DNA of 64,000 nucleotides from an uncultured Bacilli bacterium (GCA_947594925.1 CANQEJ010000002.1:2-64001), one strand, 5' to 3'. Numbered from the stretch's first letter, positions 10,531-20,184 are shown. Translations and numbers: made by a program. The notes: generated from the letters alone by a model not told the origin.

Positions 10531-11248
10531 TAGAATTGCAGAGTATTCACTTGTTCAAAGAAAAATAGTTAAAGATGAAAACAATAACATTAGGGAAAAT
10601 TCTTACTATATTATAGGTAAAACTTTAGTTAAAGAAGATGATTTTGGTTACACAGATTTAATTACTAAAAAGCCTATTTTAAAATTTAACTTTCAAGAAT
10701 TTAGCGATGGTCAAATAGGTATTATGTTTAAAAAAGACCAAAACTATTATCAAAACTATATTAACAATACAGTTTGTCTATATAATAAAAATATCAAAAA
10801 TATTATTGGGGAAATAAAAGAATTACTAGCTAGCGAAAATCATTTAACTGCGCGAAATATCAGAAATTATTTACATTATGTAGCTAAAAATATTTGTGAA
10901 GATAAAATAAAAAGAATTAATCCTTATAAAGAAGAAGCTTTTCTTAGTCCACAATTAAAAAAATTATTGAAAGCAATTGAAAGAGAAAATAGTTATTATT
11001 ACAATATTTATTTAAATTTTTATATTAATGTAAAGATTTTAAATGACTTAAATAGTCCTACTTTTAAAAGAATAAATCCTCAGAAAAATATTTATTTATA
11101 TGCCTCAGCTAATAATATGATTAGTAATACAGAAGCTAAATGGCAACAATTAAATGCTTATCCTAGTGAAGATAATAAAGAACAAGCTAGTGTCAATTTA
11201 AAAAGAGTTAAAAAGGGAATATTTCAAAAATTAATTGCTAAACTATAA
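10517..11248 (+). CDS. Hypothetical protein occupying the position where sufB normally sits
   Basis: ORF overlaps sufU end by 14 nt; no SufB-like motifs. Confidence 0.5.
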   Translation: MKKNDRIAEYSLVQRKIVKDENNNIRENSYYIIGKTLVKEDDFGYTDLITKKPILKFNFQEFSDGQIGIMFKKDQNYYQNYINNTVCLYNKNIKNIIGEIKELLASENHLTARNIRNYLHYVAKNICEDKIKRINPYKEEAFLSPQLKKLLKAIERENSYYYNIYLNFYINVKILNDLNSPTFKRINPQKNIYLYASANNMISNTEAKWQQLNAYPSEDNKEQASVNLKRVKKGIFQKLIAKL

Positions 11249-11269
11249 ATAAATATGATAAGATATTTA

Positions 11270-11468
11270 AAGAAAGCAAAAATAAAAGACTAGTAGTTAA
11301 TTAGAGCTTTAAAGAGAGTTAGTGGTTGGTGGAAACTAATAAGTAATAATTAATGAATCTCCTTTTTAGTGTAGCTAATCCCTACCGGGTAAAACCGTTA
11401 TCTAAAATTAAGTTAAATAAAGGATGGTACCGCATTATTTGCTCCTTGCAAGTAATGTGGTTTTTTTA
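11270..11468 (+). promoter_or_regulatory. T-box riboswitch leader, Ser specifier (UCU), with terminator
   Basis: AGAGAG bulge + GGTTGGTGGAAA distal loop; GAA-TCT-C specifier context; T-box AAAGGATGGTACCGCA; 13-bp terminator CCGCATTATTTGC/GCAAGTAATGTGG + T7; preceded by TGATAAGAT extended -10. Confidence 0.85.
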
Positions 11469-11485
11469 AAGAAAGAAGGTTATCT

Positions 11486-11731
11486 ATGCGGGAAGTAAAA
11501 GCTGGAGAAATATATCGCCATTTTAAGGGGTCTAAAGCATTTGTTATAACTATTGCTAAACATAGTGAAACAGGAGAAGATTTAGTAATTTATGCATGTG
11601 TTAGTAATGATAACACTAATCATAAAGACGGAATATATGCAAGACCTTATGCGATGTTTGTCTCGGAAGTAGACCATGAAAAATATCCAGATGTTAAACA
11701 AAAATACCGTTTTGAGAAAGTAGAGGAATAA
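11486..11731 (+). CDS. DUF1653-like small protein
   Basis: YRHFKGS...[13 protein letters not shown]...ARPYAMF pattern. Confidence 0.6.
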   Translation: MREVKAGEIYRHFKGSKAFVITIAKHSETGEDLVIYACVSNDNTNHKDGIYARPYAMFVSEVDHEKYPDVKQKYRFEKVEE

Positions 11732-11733
11732 AA

Positions 11734-13020
11734 ATGATAGATATTAATTTAATAAGAGAAAACAAAGAATTAGTAAAAGAAAATATTAAAAAGAAGTTTC
11801 AAGATGAAAAACTTCCTTTAGTTGAAGAAATTTATGAATTAGATAAAAAATATCGAGAAACCAAACAAAAAATGGATGAAAAAAGAGCTTTAAAAAATAA
11901 ATTAAGTGACCAAATAGGGTCTTTAATGCGAGAAGGTAAAAAAGAAGAAGCTTTAAAAATTAAAGATGAAGTTGCCAAAATGGGTGAGGATATTGCCACT
12001 TTAACTCAAGATGAAGAAAAACTAAGTCAAGAAATTAAAACCAAAATGATGGTAATTCCTAATATAATTGCTGATGATGTGCCAATTGGTAAAGATGATA
12101 GTGAAAATGTCGAATTAAAACGTTTTGGGGACGCTTTTGTTCCTAATTATGAAATTCCTTATCATGCCGATATTTTAAATACTTTTAATGGTTTAGATAA
12201 AGAGGCAAGTGGTCGAACTAGTGGTAATGGCTTTTATTATTTAATGGGTGATATTGCTAGACTTTCTAGTGCAATGCTTTCCTACGCTCGTGATTTTATG
12301 ATTGAAAAAGGTTTTACCTATTGTATACCTCCTTTTATGATTAGAAGTGATGTCGTAACAGGTGTAATGTCCTTTGCCGAAATGGATGCCATGATGTATA
12401 AAATTGAAGGGGAAGATTTATATTTAATTGGAACGAGTGAACACTCTATGATAGGTAAATTTAAAGACCAAATTCTAAAAAAGGAAACGCTACCTATCAC
12501 TATGACTTCTTATTCTCCATGCTTTCGAAAAGAAGTAGGAGCTCATGGAATAGAAGAAAGAGGTATCTACCGAGTTCATCAATTTGAAAAACAAGAAATG
12601 ATTGTAATTTGTGAACCAGAAGATAGTGCTTCTTGGTATGAAAAGATGTGGCAATTTACGGTAGAATTATTCCGTAATTTAGATGTTCCGGTTCGCCAGC
12701 TTGAGTGTTGTAGTGGCGACCTTGCCGACCTTAAATATAAATCTTGTGATATTGAAGCTTGGTCTCCTCGTCAACAAAAATATTTTGAAGTAGGAAGTTG
12801 TTCTAACTTAACAGATGCCCAGGCCAGAAGATTAGGTATACGTGCTAAAGGCGATAAAGGTAATTATTACCTACATACCTTAAATAATACTGTTTTAGCT
12901 TCAACTAGAGCTTTGATTGCTTTAATTGAAAATAACTATCAAGAAGATGGTAGTGTTAAAATTCCTAAAGCTTTGCAACCTTATATGGGTGGTATTACTG
13001 TTATTAAACCTCATAAATAA
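11734..13020 (+). CDS. serS: Seryl-tRNA synthetase
   Basis: N-terminal coiled coil, class II motifs (FRKEVGAHG, GSCSN..D.QARRL, TLNNT). Confidence 0.95.
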   Translation: MIDINLIRENKELVKENIKKKFQDEKLPLVEEIYELDKKYRETKQKMDEKRALKNKLSDQIGSLMREGKKEEALKIKDEVAKMGEDIATLTQDEEKLSQEIKTKMMVIPNIIADDVPIGKDDSENVELKRFGDAFVPNYEIPYHADILNTFNGLDKEASGRTSGNGFYYLMGDIARLSSAMLSYARDFMIEKGFTYCIPPFMIRSDVVTGVMSFAEMDAMMYKIEGEDLYLIGTSEHSMIGKFKDQILKKETLPITMTSYSPCFRKEVGAHGIEERGIYRVHQFEKQEMIVICEPEDSASWYEKMWQFTVELFRNLDVPVRQLECCSGDLADLKYKSCDIEAWSPRQQKYFEVGSCSNLTDAQARRLGIRAKGDKGNYYLHTLNNTVLASTRALIALIENNYQEDGSVKIPKALQPYMGGITVIKPHK

Positions 13021-13112
13021 TATTTACATGAAATAGACACATATCAATCCTTTTATTGTACATTTAAAGTAAAAATTATATAATAAAATTAGATTAGAGA
13101 GGAATAAGTAAA

Positions 13113-13559
13113 ATGACAGAATCCCAAATAAAAGACCAAATTAATACATTAACTAACCAAAAATTGCAATATTCTACTTGGTTAAGTAATAATTTTAATA
13201 GTGATGTTTCCCTAGAAGAAAAAACTAGAGTGCAAAATACGATTGAAGAGTTAGAAAAACAAATTAATGATTTGTATGACCAGTTAAAAGCAGCCCCATA
13301 TCGTATGTCTGAAACTCCACAACCAACAGTTAATGTAGAAGCTTCTTCATATGATAATTCTACCTATGATAATGTAGCTATCCAAGCCCAAGATGAAGCT
13401 AGAACTAGATTTTATGGTATGAGTAAACTAAAACAATCTATAGCCAGAATAAATGGTAAAAAAGAAAAATTTGAGCAATTATCAAATAAAGCATATGATG
13501 CAATTTCCAAAGAAGAACAACAACAAATAGCTGGTGAGCTTAATAAAATGTTTAGGTGA
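13113..13559 (+). CDS. Hypothetical coiled-coil protein
   Basis: ORF with GAGAGG RBS; no family recognised. Confidence 0.5.
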   Translation: MTESQIKDQINTLTNQKLQYSTWLSNNFNSDVSLEEKTRVQNTIEELEKQINDLYDQLKAAPYRMSETPQPTVNVEASSYDNSTYDNVAIQAQDEARTRFYGMSKLKQSIARINGKKEKFEQLSNKAYDAISKEEQQQIAGELNKMFR

Positions 13560-13564
13560 TAATA

Positions 13565-13864
13565 ATGAGTGAACCAGAAAACTTTACTACCTATATTGAA
13601 AATTTTAAAAAATTGCCTTTAAAAGAAAAACAAAGTATCATAATTGACCAAATGAAACTTTTAGCTAAATTTACTAATAATTTATGTGAAGAATTAGGAA
13701 CTAAAAGTGAGTTAATTATGAATAAAGAATTACTTGATTTAAAAAATGAAAATTATACCGAAGATGATTTTGCGGAGGCTGTAATAGTTTTAGTAAATAC
13801 AATTCAAAACTCTTTATGTGATGCTACCGATGCGATAGCAACAATTGCTGATACAATTAATTAA
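13565..13864 (+). CDS. Hypothetical small acidic protein
   Basis: ATG 13565 preceded by AGGTGA; coupled to upstream ORF. Confidence 0.5.
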   Translation: MSEPENFTTYIENFKKLPLKEKQSIIIDQMKLLAKFTNNLCEELGTKSELIMNKELLDLKNENYTEDDFAEAVIVLVNTIQNSLCDATDAIATIADTIN

Positions 13865-13871
13865 CCCTTAT

Positions 13872-13970
13872 TTGACAAATTAGTGTAAATATGATATAAT
13901 GATAATATCAGTGGGGATTGGTTAGCAATTATATTACATCTTAAATCCTTTGCTGAAAAGGATTTTTTTG
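13872..13970 (+). promoter_or_regulatory. SigmaA promoter (TTGACA-17-TGATATAAT) plus ~65-nt leader with intrinsic terminator; copy 1 of a twin element
   Basis: Hexamers read directly; hairpin AAATCCTTT/AAAGGATTT + T-run at 13943-13969; near-identical to 39524-39624. Confidence 0.7.
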
Positions 13971-13990
13971 TTATAAAAAGGGGGATTATC

Positions 13991-14914
13991 ATGGCAAATT
14001 TAGAAGAAGATTTAATATTTGCTAGTAAACTTATTGAAGATAAGGAAAAATGTGGGGAATATTTTACTATTTTTAATCGTCTATGGCCTTTTGCTACTGT
14101 TAATATGAAAGAATACTTAGAACCTTATAATTTAGAAGGTAAAACTTGTGTAACCTTACAAGGTAGTTCTGACCATATTTTTGAACTGGCTTTAAAAAAT
14201 CCAAAAGAAATAATTGGTTTTGATATTAACCCCCTTACTGGATATTATGGCAATTTAAAAATTGCGGCTTTAAAGGCTTTAAAAACTCAAGAAGAATATT
14301 TAACTTTCTTTCGCAATAAAGGTTATTCTAATAAACTGTTTAATAAAGAAACTTTTAAAGAGATATCTAAGTATTTAGAAGGTAATGCTAAAATATTTTG
14401 GGAAGAATTATTTCAAACATATTCATCTTGGCAAATTCGCGAAAATCTTTTTAGCAAAGATGAAGGAAATTGGTCGGAAATTAAAGGTGCTTTAAATTAC
14501 ATTACCCCTGAAAATTATGCCTATTTAAAAAATAATGTTCAAAATATTAATTTTACTTTTATGAATACTGATGTTAAAGAATTAGCATCTAGACTACCTT
14601 ATAATGTCGATTTTATCACTTTATCTAATTTAATTATCTATGCGCAGGGATTGTTTCCAGAAAACACTTTAGAAAATTGGCATCGTCTCATCGAATTATT
14701 AGCTTTAAGATTAAATAAAGATGGTCATATCATAGCTGGTTATTTCTATGAGATTGAAAACGAAGATGATTATAGAGATATGTATAATAAAAAACTTCGT
14801 GATAAAATCTTTAATAGTTCTTCTTATAGTTATCATTTATTTACTAAAATGGATGATTTAGCTCGTCAAAAAACATCTTCTAATCATGATGCTACCTTAG
14901 TTTATACTAAATAA
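13991..14914 (+). CDS. DUF3419/BtaA-like SAM-dependent transferase-fold protein
   Basis: VTLQGSSDHIFELAL..IIGFDINP....NLKIAALKAL..EEYLTFF resembles the DUF3419 signature. Confidence 0.5.
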   Translation: MANLEEDLIFASKLIEDKEKCGEYFTIFNRLWPFATVNMKEYLEPYNLEGKTCVTLQGSSDHIFELALKNPKEIIGFDINPLTGYYGNLKIAALKALKTQEEYLTFFRNKGYSNKLFNKETFKEISKYLEGNAKIFWEELFQTYSSWQIRENLFSKDEGNWSEIKGALNYITPENYAYLKNNVQNINFTFMNTDVKELASRLPYNVDFITLSNLIIYAQGLFPENTLENWHRLIELLALRLNKDGHIIAGYFYEIENEDDYRDMYNKKLRDKIFNSSSYSYHLFTKMDDLARQKTSSNHDATLVYTK

Positions 14915-14937
14915 AAGGCAATATAAATTGCTTTTTT
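14914..14937 (+). terminator. Rho-independent terminator
   Basis: GCAAT/ATTGC hairpin with A/T extension followed by T-run. Confidence 0.55.
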
Positions 14938-14987
14938 ATTTTCTTTCTAAAGGTGATATAATAAGCTTATAAGGAAGTTGATGTTTT

Positions 14988-16493
14988 ATGAAAATGGCTC
15001 TTAAAAGAGGAACAGTTGTAGCAATTGGTTTACTATTACAATTATGTTTAACTTTATTTGTTTATCTAGTTTTAGGTAAATATATTAAGATAATTGGTAT
15101 CCTATATTCTATTTTAAGTATTATAATCGTCCTAGGGATTATTAAAAACAGTAAAAGATTAAGTAGTGATTTACCATGGATAATAATAATTATGATATTT
15201 CCCTTAATAGGTTCTTTAATGTATGTTATTATTGGTCGAAATATTCATCGTAGTAGACTTTTAAAAAATATTAATAAAAGTATTGAAAAAAGTAATAAAT
15301 ATTTAGTTCAAGACCCAGATATTTTAACGGAAATAAACGCAAAAGAATATGGTGATTTAAAATATATTACCGAATTTGCTCATTTTCCGATAACTAAAAA
15401 TAATCAAGTAAAATATTTTCCTTTAGGCGATGAAGCTTTTCCGGTAATGTTAGAAGAATTAAAAAAAGCCGAAAATTATATCTTTATGGAATATTTTATT
15501 ATTAATAAGGGAGAGATGTGGGGTCAAATATTAGAAATTTTAAAAGAAAAAGCTCAAGCTGGTTTAGATGTTCGTGTTATATATGATGATTTAGGTTCTC
15601 TTGCCATGTTACCAAGTGATTACCCTAAAACTTTAGAAAGTTATGGCATAAAATGTGTACCTTTTAATAAATTAAAACCTTTTGCTGGAGTGATAATGAA
15701 TAATCGTGACCATCGAAAGATGCTTATTATTGATGGTCATACAGCCTTTTCTGGAGGTATTAATATTTCTGATGAATATATTAATGTTACCCATCCGCAC
15801 GGTCATTGGAAAGATAATGGTATAATGATTAAAGGTGAAGCAGTTTGGAACTTTACAGTAATGTTTTTAAGTATTTGGAACGCTTATATTAAAACGGATA
15901 GTGATTATACAAAATTTAAATATGAATTTAAGAAAAAATATAAAGCTAATGGTTATGTAGCTCCTTATGGTGAAAGTCCTTTAGATGATGAAATTATTGG
16001 TGAAGACATATATCTTAATATCTTAAGTGAAGCTAAAAAATATGTATATATTTATACCCCTTACCTAATTATTGATACGGATATGATAAATGCTTTAATA
16101 AGATGTGCTAAAAAAGGTGTAGATGTAAGACTTGTAGTGCCAGGTATTCCAGATAAAAAAACAGTATATAGTTTAACATCTTCTTACTTTGATGTTTTAT
16201 TAAAAGGTGGCGTTAAGATATATAAATACTCTAAAGGCTTTGTCCATAGTAAAGTATTTGTAGCTGATGATAAAGTTGCAACAGTAGGTACTATCAATTT
16301 AGATTATCGTAGTCTTTATTTACATTTTGAGTGTGGTGTTTATTTAAAAGAAGTAGATGCTATTAAAGATATATGTGATGATTTTAATAAAGCCTTTAAA
16401 GATTGTCAAAAACTTACGAAAAAAGATATTAAAACTAAATTCTTTGCCAAACTATGGCAAGCTATCTTACGCTTATTTGCTCCTTTAATGTAA
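14988..16493 (+). CDS. cls: Cardiolipin synthase
   Basis: Two HKD motifs (HRKMLIIDGHTAFSGGINISDEY; HSKVFVADDKVATVGTINLDYRS) and N-terminal TM helices. Confidence 0.9.
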   Translation: MKMALKRGTVVAIGLLLQLCLTLFVYLVLGKYIKIIGILYSILSIIIVLGIIKNSKRLSSDLPWIIIIMIFPLIGSLMYVIIGRNIHRSRLLKNINKSIEKSNKYLVQDPDILTEINAKEYGDLKYITEFAHFPITKNNQVKYFPLGDEAFPVMLEELKKAENYIFMEYFIINKGEMWGQILEILKEKAQAGLDVRVIYDDLGSLAMLPSDYPKTLESYGIKCVPFNKLKPFAGVIMNNRDHRKMLIIDGHTAFSGGINISDEYINVTHPHGHWKDNGIMIKGEAVWNFTVMFLSIWNAYIKTDSDYTKFKYEFKKKYKANGYVAPYGESPLDDEIIGEDIYLNILSEAKKYVYIYTPYLIIDTDMINALIRCAKKGVDVRLVVPGIPDKKTVYSLTSSYFDVLLKGGVKIYKYSKGFVHSKVFVADDKVATVGTINLDYRSLYLHFECGVYLKEVDAIKDICDDFNKAFKDCQKLTKKDIKTKFFAKLWQAILRLFAPLM

Positions 16494-16549
16494 ATATTTA
16501 TTGCAGGGATTTAACATTTTTAATATAATCTTAATAAAGAGGTGAAAAA

Positions 16550-16891
16550 ATGCAAAGAAATATTGTTACTTGTATTATTTTAACTGTTATTACATGTGGT
16601 ATTTATGGAATTTATTGGTTTATTGTTCTAACCGATGATGTTGCTAATGTAACTGATGACCACTCTATGAGTGGTGGGGTAACATTTTTACTTAATTTGA
16701 TTACTTGTGGAATTTATGGTATTTACTGGGCTTTTCAAATGGGTCGTAAATTATATGATTATTCTAATAAACGTAATTTAGGTCTTGCTGATAACGCCAT
16801 TGTTTATTTAGTACTTCAACTATTTGGTTTTAGTATTGTAAATTATGCTCTAATTCAAAATGATTTAAATAGATTAAGTGAAAATAATTAA
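16550..16891 (+). CDS. DUF4234-like small membrane protein
   Basis: Duplicated TCGIYGIYW motif in TM helices; TTGCAG-17-TATAAT promoter at 16498-16527. Confidence 0.6.
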   Translation: MQRNIVTCIILTVITCGIYGIYWFIVLTDDVANVTDDHSMSGGVTFLLNLITCGIYGIYWAFQMGRKLYDYSNKRNLGLADNAIVYLVLQLFGFSIVNYALIQNDLNRLSENN

Positions 16892-16893
16892 AT

Positions 16894-17286
16894 ATGGCAA
16901 AAAATTCTTTAAGTAAATTAAGCTTGGTCATAATTTTAGGTATTGCTTATTTGTTATTAGGAAGTTACTTTAATATTTATCTTCCTTGTCCAATTTATCA
17001 AATAACGCATTTATATTGTCCAGGCTGTGGGATAACTAGAGCCTTTCGGTCTTTACTAAGTTTAAATTTTTATCAAGCATTTCGTTATTATAACTTAATT
17101 ATCTTATTACCAATATTTATTATATATTATGGAGAAGATTTATTAGATAAAAAGGGAATAAAGAATTTAAATTTAAAAAGATTTATGACTAATAAGTTTT
17201 GGTATACCATTTTAGTCTTAGTAATAATTTATGGTGTTTTAAGAAATATTCCCTATTTTAATTATTTAATACCAACAAAAGTTTAA
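16894..17286 (+). CDS. DUF2752-like membrane protein
   Basis: CPIYQITHLYCPGCGITRA motif. Confidence 0.6.
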   Translation: MAKNSLSKLSLVIILGIAYLLLGSYFNIYLPCPIYQITHLYCPGCGITRAFRSLLSLNFYQAFRYYNLIILLPIFIIYYGEDLLDKKGIKNLNLKRFMTNKFWYTILVLVIIYGVLRNIPYFNYLIPTKV

Positions 17287-17305
17287 AGGCTAATGCCTTT
17301 TTTTC
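17286..17305 (+). terminator. Rho-independent terminator
   Basis: AAGGC-TAAT-GCCTT followed by T-run. Confidence 0.65.
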
Positions 17306-17349
17306 TTTGGGCATCTTTGCTATAATAGGGGAGTATTGGAAGTGATTAT

Positions 17350-18750
17350 ATGAACCTACCAGATTTAAAAAAAGCACGAATTAGAACCGATAAAGAAGTT
17401 GAATATGTTTATTTAGATGAACATTATCAAAAATTATTTGCCGGTCAAAAATATTTTTTAAAAACGTATGGTTGTCAAATGAACGTTCATGATTCTGAAG
17501 AAATAGCTGCTCGTCTAGAAAGTTTAGGATTTAGTAAAACTGATGTTTTAGAAGAGGCGGATATTGTTATTTTAAATACTTGTGCGATAAGAGAAAATGC
17601 TCATGATAAACTTTATGGCTTTTTAGGACGTTGTAAGCATTTAAAAAAAGAAAAAAAAGATTTAATTATTGGGATATGTGGGTGCATGGCTCAAGAAGAA
17701 AATGTTGTGGAAGAAATAATGAATAAACATCAATATATTGATATTGTTTTTGGTACGCATAATATTTACAAATTACAAGATTTAATTATTAATAAAAAAG
17801 GAAAACAAAATATTGAAGTCTACTCTTGTGAAGGAGAAGTATATGAAAATGTTCCTTATAAAAGAGATTCCCAAATTAAAGCCTGGGTTAATATTCAATA
17901 TGGTTGTGATAAATTTTGTACATATTGTATAGTTCCTTATACTAGAGGTAAACAAAGAAGCCGTAAAAGTAAAGAAATAATTAAAGAGGTTGAAGATTTA
18001 GTTAAAAAGGGTTATAAAGAAGTTACATTGCTTGGTCAAAACGTTAATGCTTATGGAAAAGAATTAAAAGACGAAATAAATTTTGCTGCGCTTTTAGAAG
18101 AAGTTGCAAAAACGGGGATAGCACGTATTCGTTTTGTTACTTCCCATCCTTGGGATTTTACTGATGAAATGATTGAAGTAATTGCAAAATATGATAACAT
18201 CATGCCTTATATTCATTTACCATTACAATCTGGCTCTTCCAAAATTTTAAAATTAATGGGTCGTCGCTATACTAAAGAAGAATATTTAACTTTATATCAT
18301 AAAATAAAAGAAACTATTCTTAATGTGGCGATTACTACAGATATTATTGTTGGTTTTCCTAATGAAACAGAGGAAGATTTTCAAGAAACTCTTGATGTTG
18401 TAAATGCTTGTCAATTTGATAGTGCCTTTACATTTATCTATAGTCCAAGAGAGGGAACTCCAGCAGCTAAAATTGATGATAAAACTCCTGGGTATATTAA
18501 AGAAGAACGTTTACATAAATTAAATGAAATTATTAATAGTTATAGCTTAAAAGCTAATCAAAAATACCTTGATAAAACTGTTAAAGTATTAATAGAGGGA
18601 GTAAGTGAAAAAGATAACACTAAGGTCTTTGGTTATACGGAAACCATGAAATTAGTAAATGTGGAAAATGCTTCTGATAAAATCGGCGAAATTATTGATG
18701 TTAAAATAACTGATGCTAAAAGTTTCAGCTTAGATGGCATATATCAATAG
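17350..18750 (+). CDS. miaB: tRNA-2-methylthio-N6-dimethylallyladenosine synthase
   Basis: YGCQMN, NTCAIRE, GCMAQ, radical SAM CDKFCTYCIVPYTRG, C-terminal TRAM. Confidence 0.9.
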   Translation: MNLPDLKKARIRTDKEVEYVYLDEHYQKLFAGQKYFLKTYGCQMNVHDSEEIAARLESLGFSKTDVLEEADIVILNTCAIRENAHDKLYGFLGRCKHLKKEKKDLIIGICGCMAQEENVVEEIMNKHQYIDIVFGTHNIYKLQDLIINKKGKQNIEVYSCEGEVYENVPYKRDSQIKAWVNIQYGCDKFCTYCIVPYTRGKQRSRKSKEIIKEVEDLVKKGYKEVTLLGQNVNAYGKELKDEINFAALLEEVAKTGIARIRFVTSHPWDFTDEMIEVIAKYDNIMPYIHLPLQSGSSKILKLMGRRYTKEEYLTLYHKIKETILNVAITTDIIVGFPNETEEDFQETLDVVNACQFDSAFTFIYSPREGTPAAKIDDKTPGYIKEERLHKLNEIINSYSLKANQKYLDKTVKVLIEGVSEKDNTKVFGYTETMKLVNVENASDKIGEIIDVKITDAKSFSLDGIYQ

Positions 18751-18795
18751 GGAAAATTTATAATATTATTAATTAATTAATTGGAGGGTTTAGAT

Positions 18796-20184
18796 ATGAA
18801 AGAAGAAATCGATTGGAAAGAAAAATTAAGGGCTATTGATAAAGAAATAAAAGCAAATATGAGTGAAGAAGAAAAGGAAAAATTACAAAAAGAAGAAGAA
18901 AATTTTAAGATTTTAGAAACTATTTTAAGATATTATTATAAACGTTTAATAAAAATTAAACATAAAAATTTAAATATTGTTGATGTCGCCGAATATTTTA
19001 ATATTCCTATAGATATAAAGCGATTATATGATTATGAAATTCATTTTTTAAGAAATGATAAATATCCTGTTATAGAGATAATTGATAAAAAAGAAAATAT
19101 CCAATACGTAAGTAATTTCTATGCAAAAGGAGAATTACTAGATGTGATTGATAATCCTATTTTCAATAATTTGGATATAACTAATTTCAATACTAATATT
19201 CAAATTAAGCATTTATATTATATTGGTCAAAATAGTCCTATTAAATCTCAACTAATTATACCAAATGATAAATATGAATTAGTATTTGAAAAAGAACAGC
19301 CAAATGATTTGGGATTTGGAAATAGTAGTAATATTTTTGTAGTCCGCTTTTATAAAAAATATGAAAAAGAAGGCATGACCAAAAAAGAACAGTTATTTGC
19401 TAATCACTTTCATACCTTTGCAAACAATATTGAAAATACTATGAAACAATTTATTACTTATGATTTTACTTCTTTTGATTTACCAAGAGAAGATAGACAA
19501 GATATCTATACTTATACAATCAATAACAATATTATCCATGGTATTAATGAATTAGATACAATAAATGAACATATTTCTTTTAAGGCTTTTGCTAGTATGG
19601 AAAATACAAAAATAGCAAATTTAGAAAGATATCTTCCTATAGATTATAGTATCTACGAAAAAGAAGAATTAAAGCGTGAAAATGTAAATGCTGCTATTTG
19701 GTTTTCGGGCTATAATACTGATAATGCTTATTATGCCGTTAAGATATTTAAGAAACTTGATAAAATTAATTTAAATTTACATTGTAGATATATAGATGAA
19801 CAACATAATACTATCGAAAGGACGGAAATAAGAGAATTACCAATTTTAGATAATGGCAAATTAACAATTGAGGAAATAGATAGTATAATAGACTTATTAA
19901 ATCAAATTTATCCTGATAATTTATTTATGTCCTATACCATAGACCAAATAAGAAAATTTCAAACGGAAATAAAAATAAAAGAAAAAATTATAAATAAAGA
20001 GGAAAATTTACTAGACCCAGAAATGTTATCTTCAAAGGAATATGCAGAAATAGCGCAAATGGTTTTAGAAGATAAAAAAGCTTATTTTGATTTAGCATTA
20101 GAGCAATTTTATAATGCTACGCATATGGGAGAAGCAAGAGAAAAGAAACAAAATCAATATCAAAAATTACTTAATAAAAAATAA
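18796..20184 (+). CDS. Hypothetical protein, paralog of 24487-25716
   Basis: GGAGGG RBS before ATG 18796; collinear similarity blocks with the 409-aa protein. Confidence 0.6.
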   Translation: MKEEIDWKEKLRAIDKEIKANMSEEEKEKLQKEEENFKILETILRYYYKRLIKIKHKNLNIVDVAEYFNIPIDIKRLYDYEIHFLRNDKYPVIEIIDKKENIQYVSNFYAKGELLDVIDNPIFNNLDITNFNTNIQIKHLYYIGQNSPIKSQLIIPNDKYELVFEKEQPNDLGFGNSSNIFVVRFYKKYEKEGMTKKEQLFANHFHTFANNIENTMKQFITYDFTSFDLPREDRQDIYTYTINNNIIHGINELDTINEHISFKAFASMENTKIANLERYLPIDYSIYEKEELKRENVNAAIWFSGYNTDNAYYAVKIFKKLDKINLNLHCRYIDEQHNTIERTEIRELPILDNGKLTIEEIDSIIDLLNQIYPDNLFMSYTIDQIRKFQTEIKIKEKIINKEENLLDPEMLSSKEYAEIAQMVLEDKKAYFDLALEQFYNATHMGEAREKKQNQYQKLLNKK

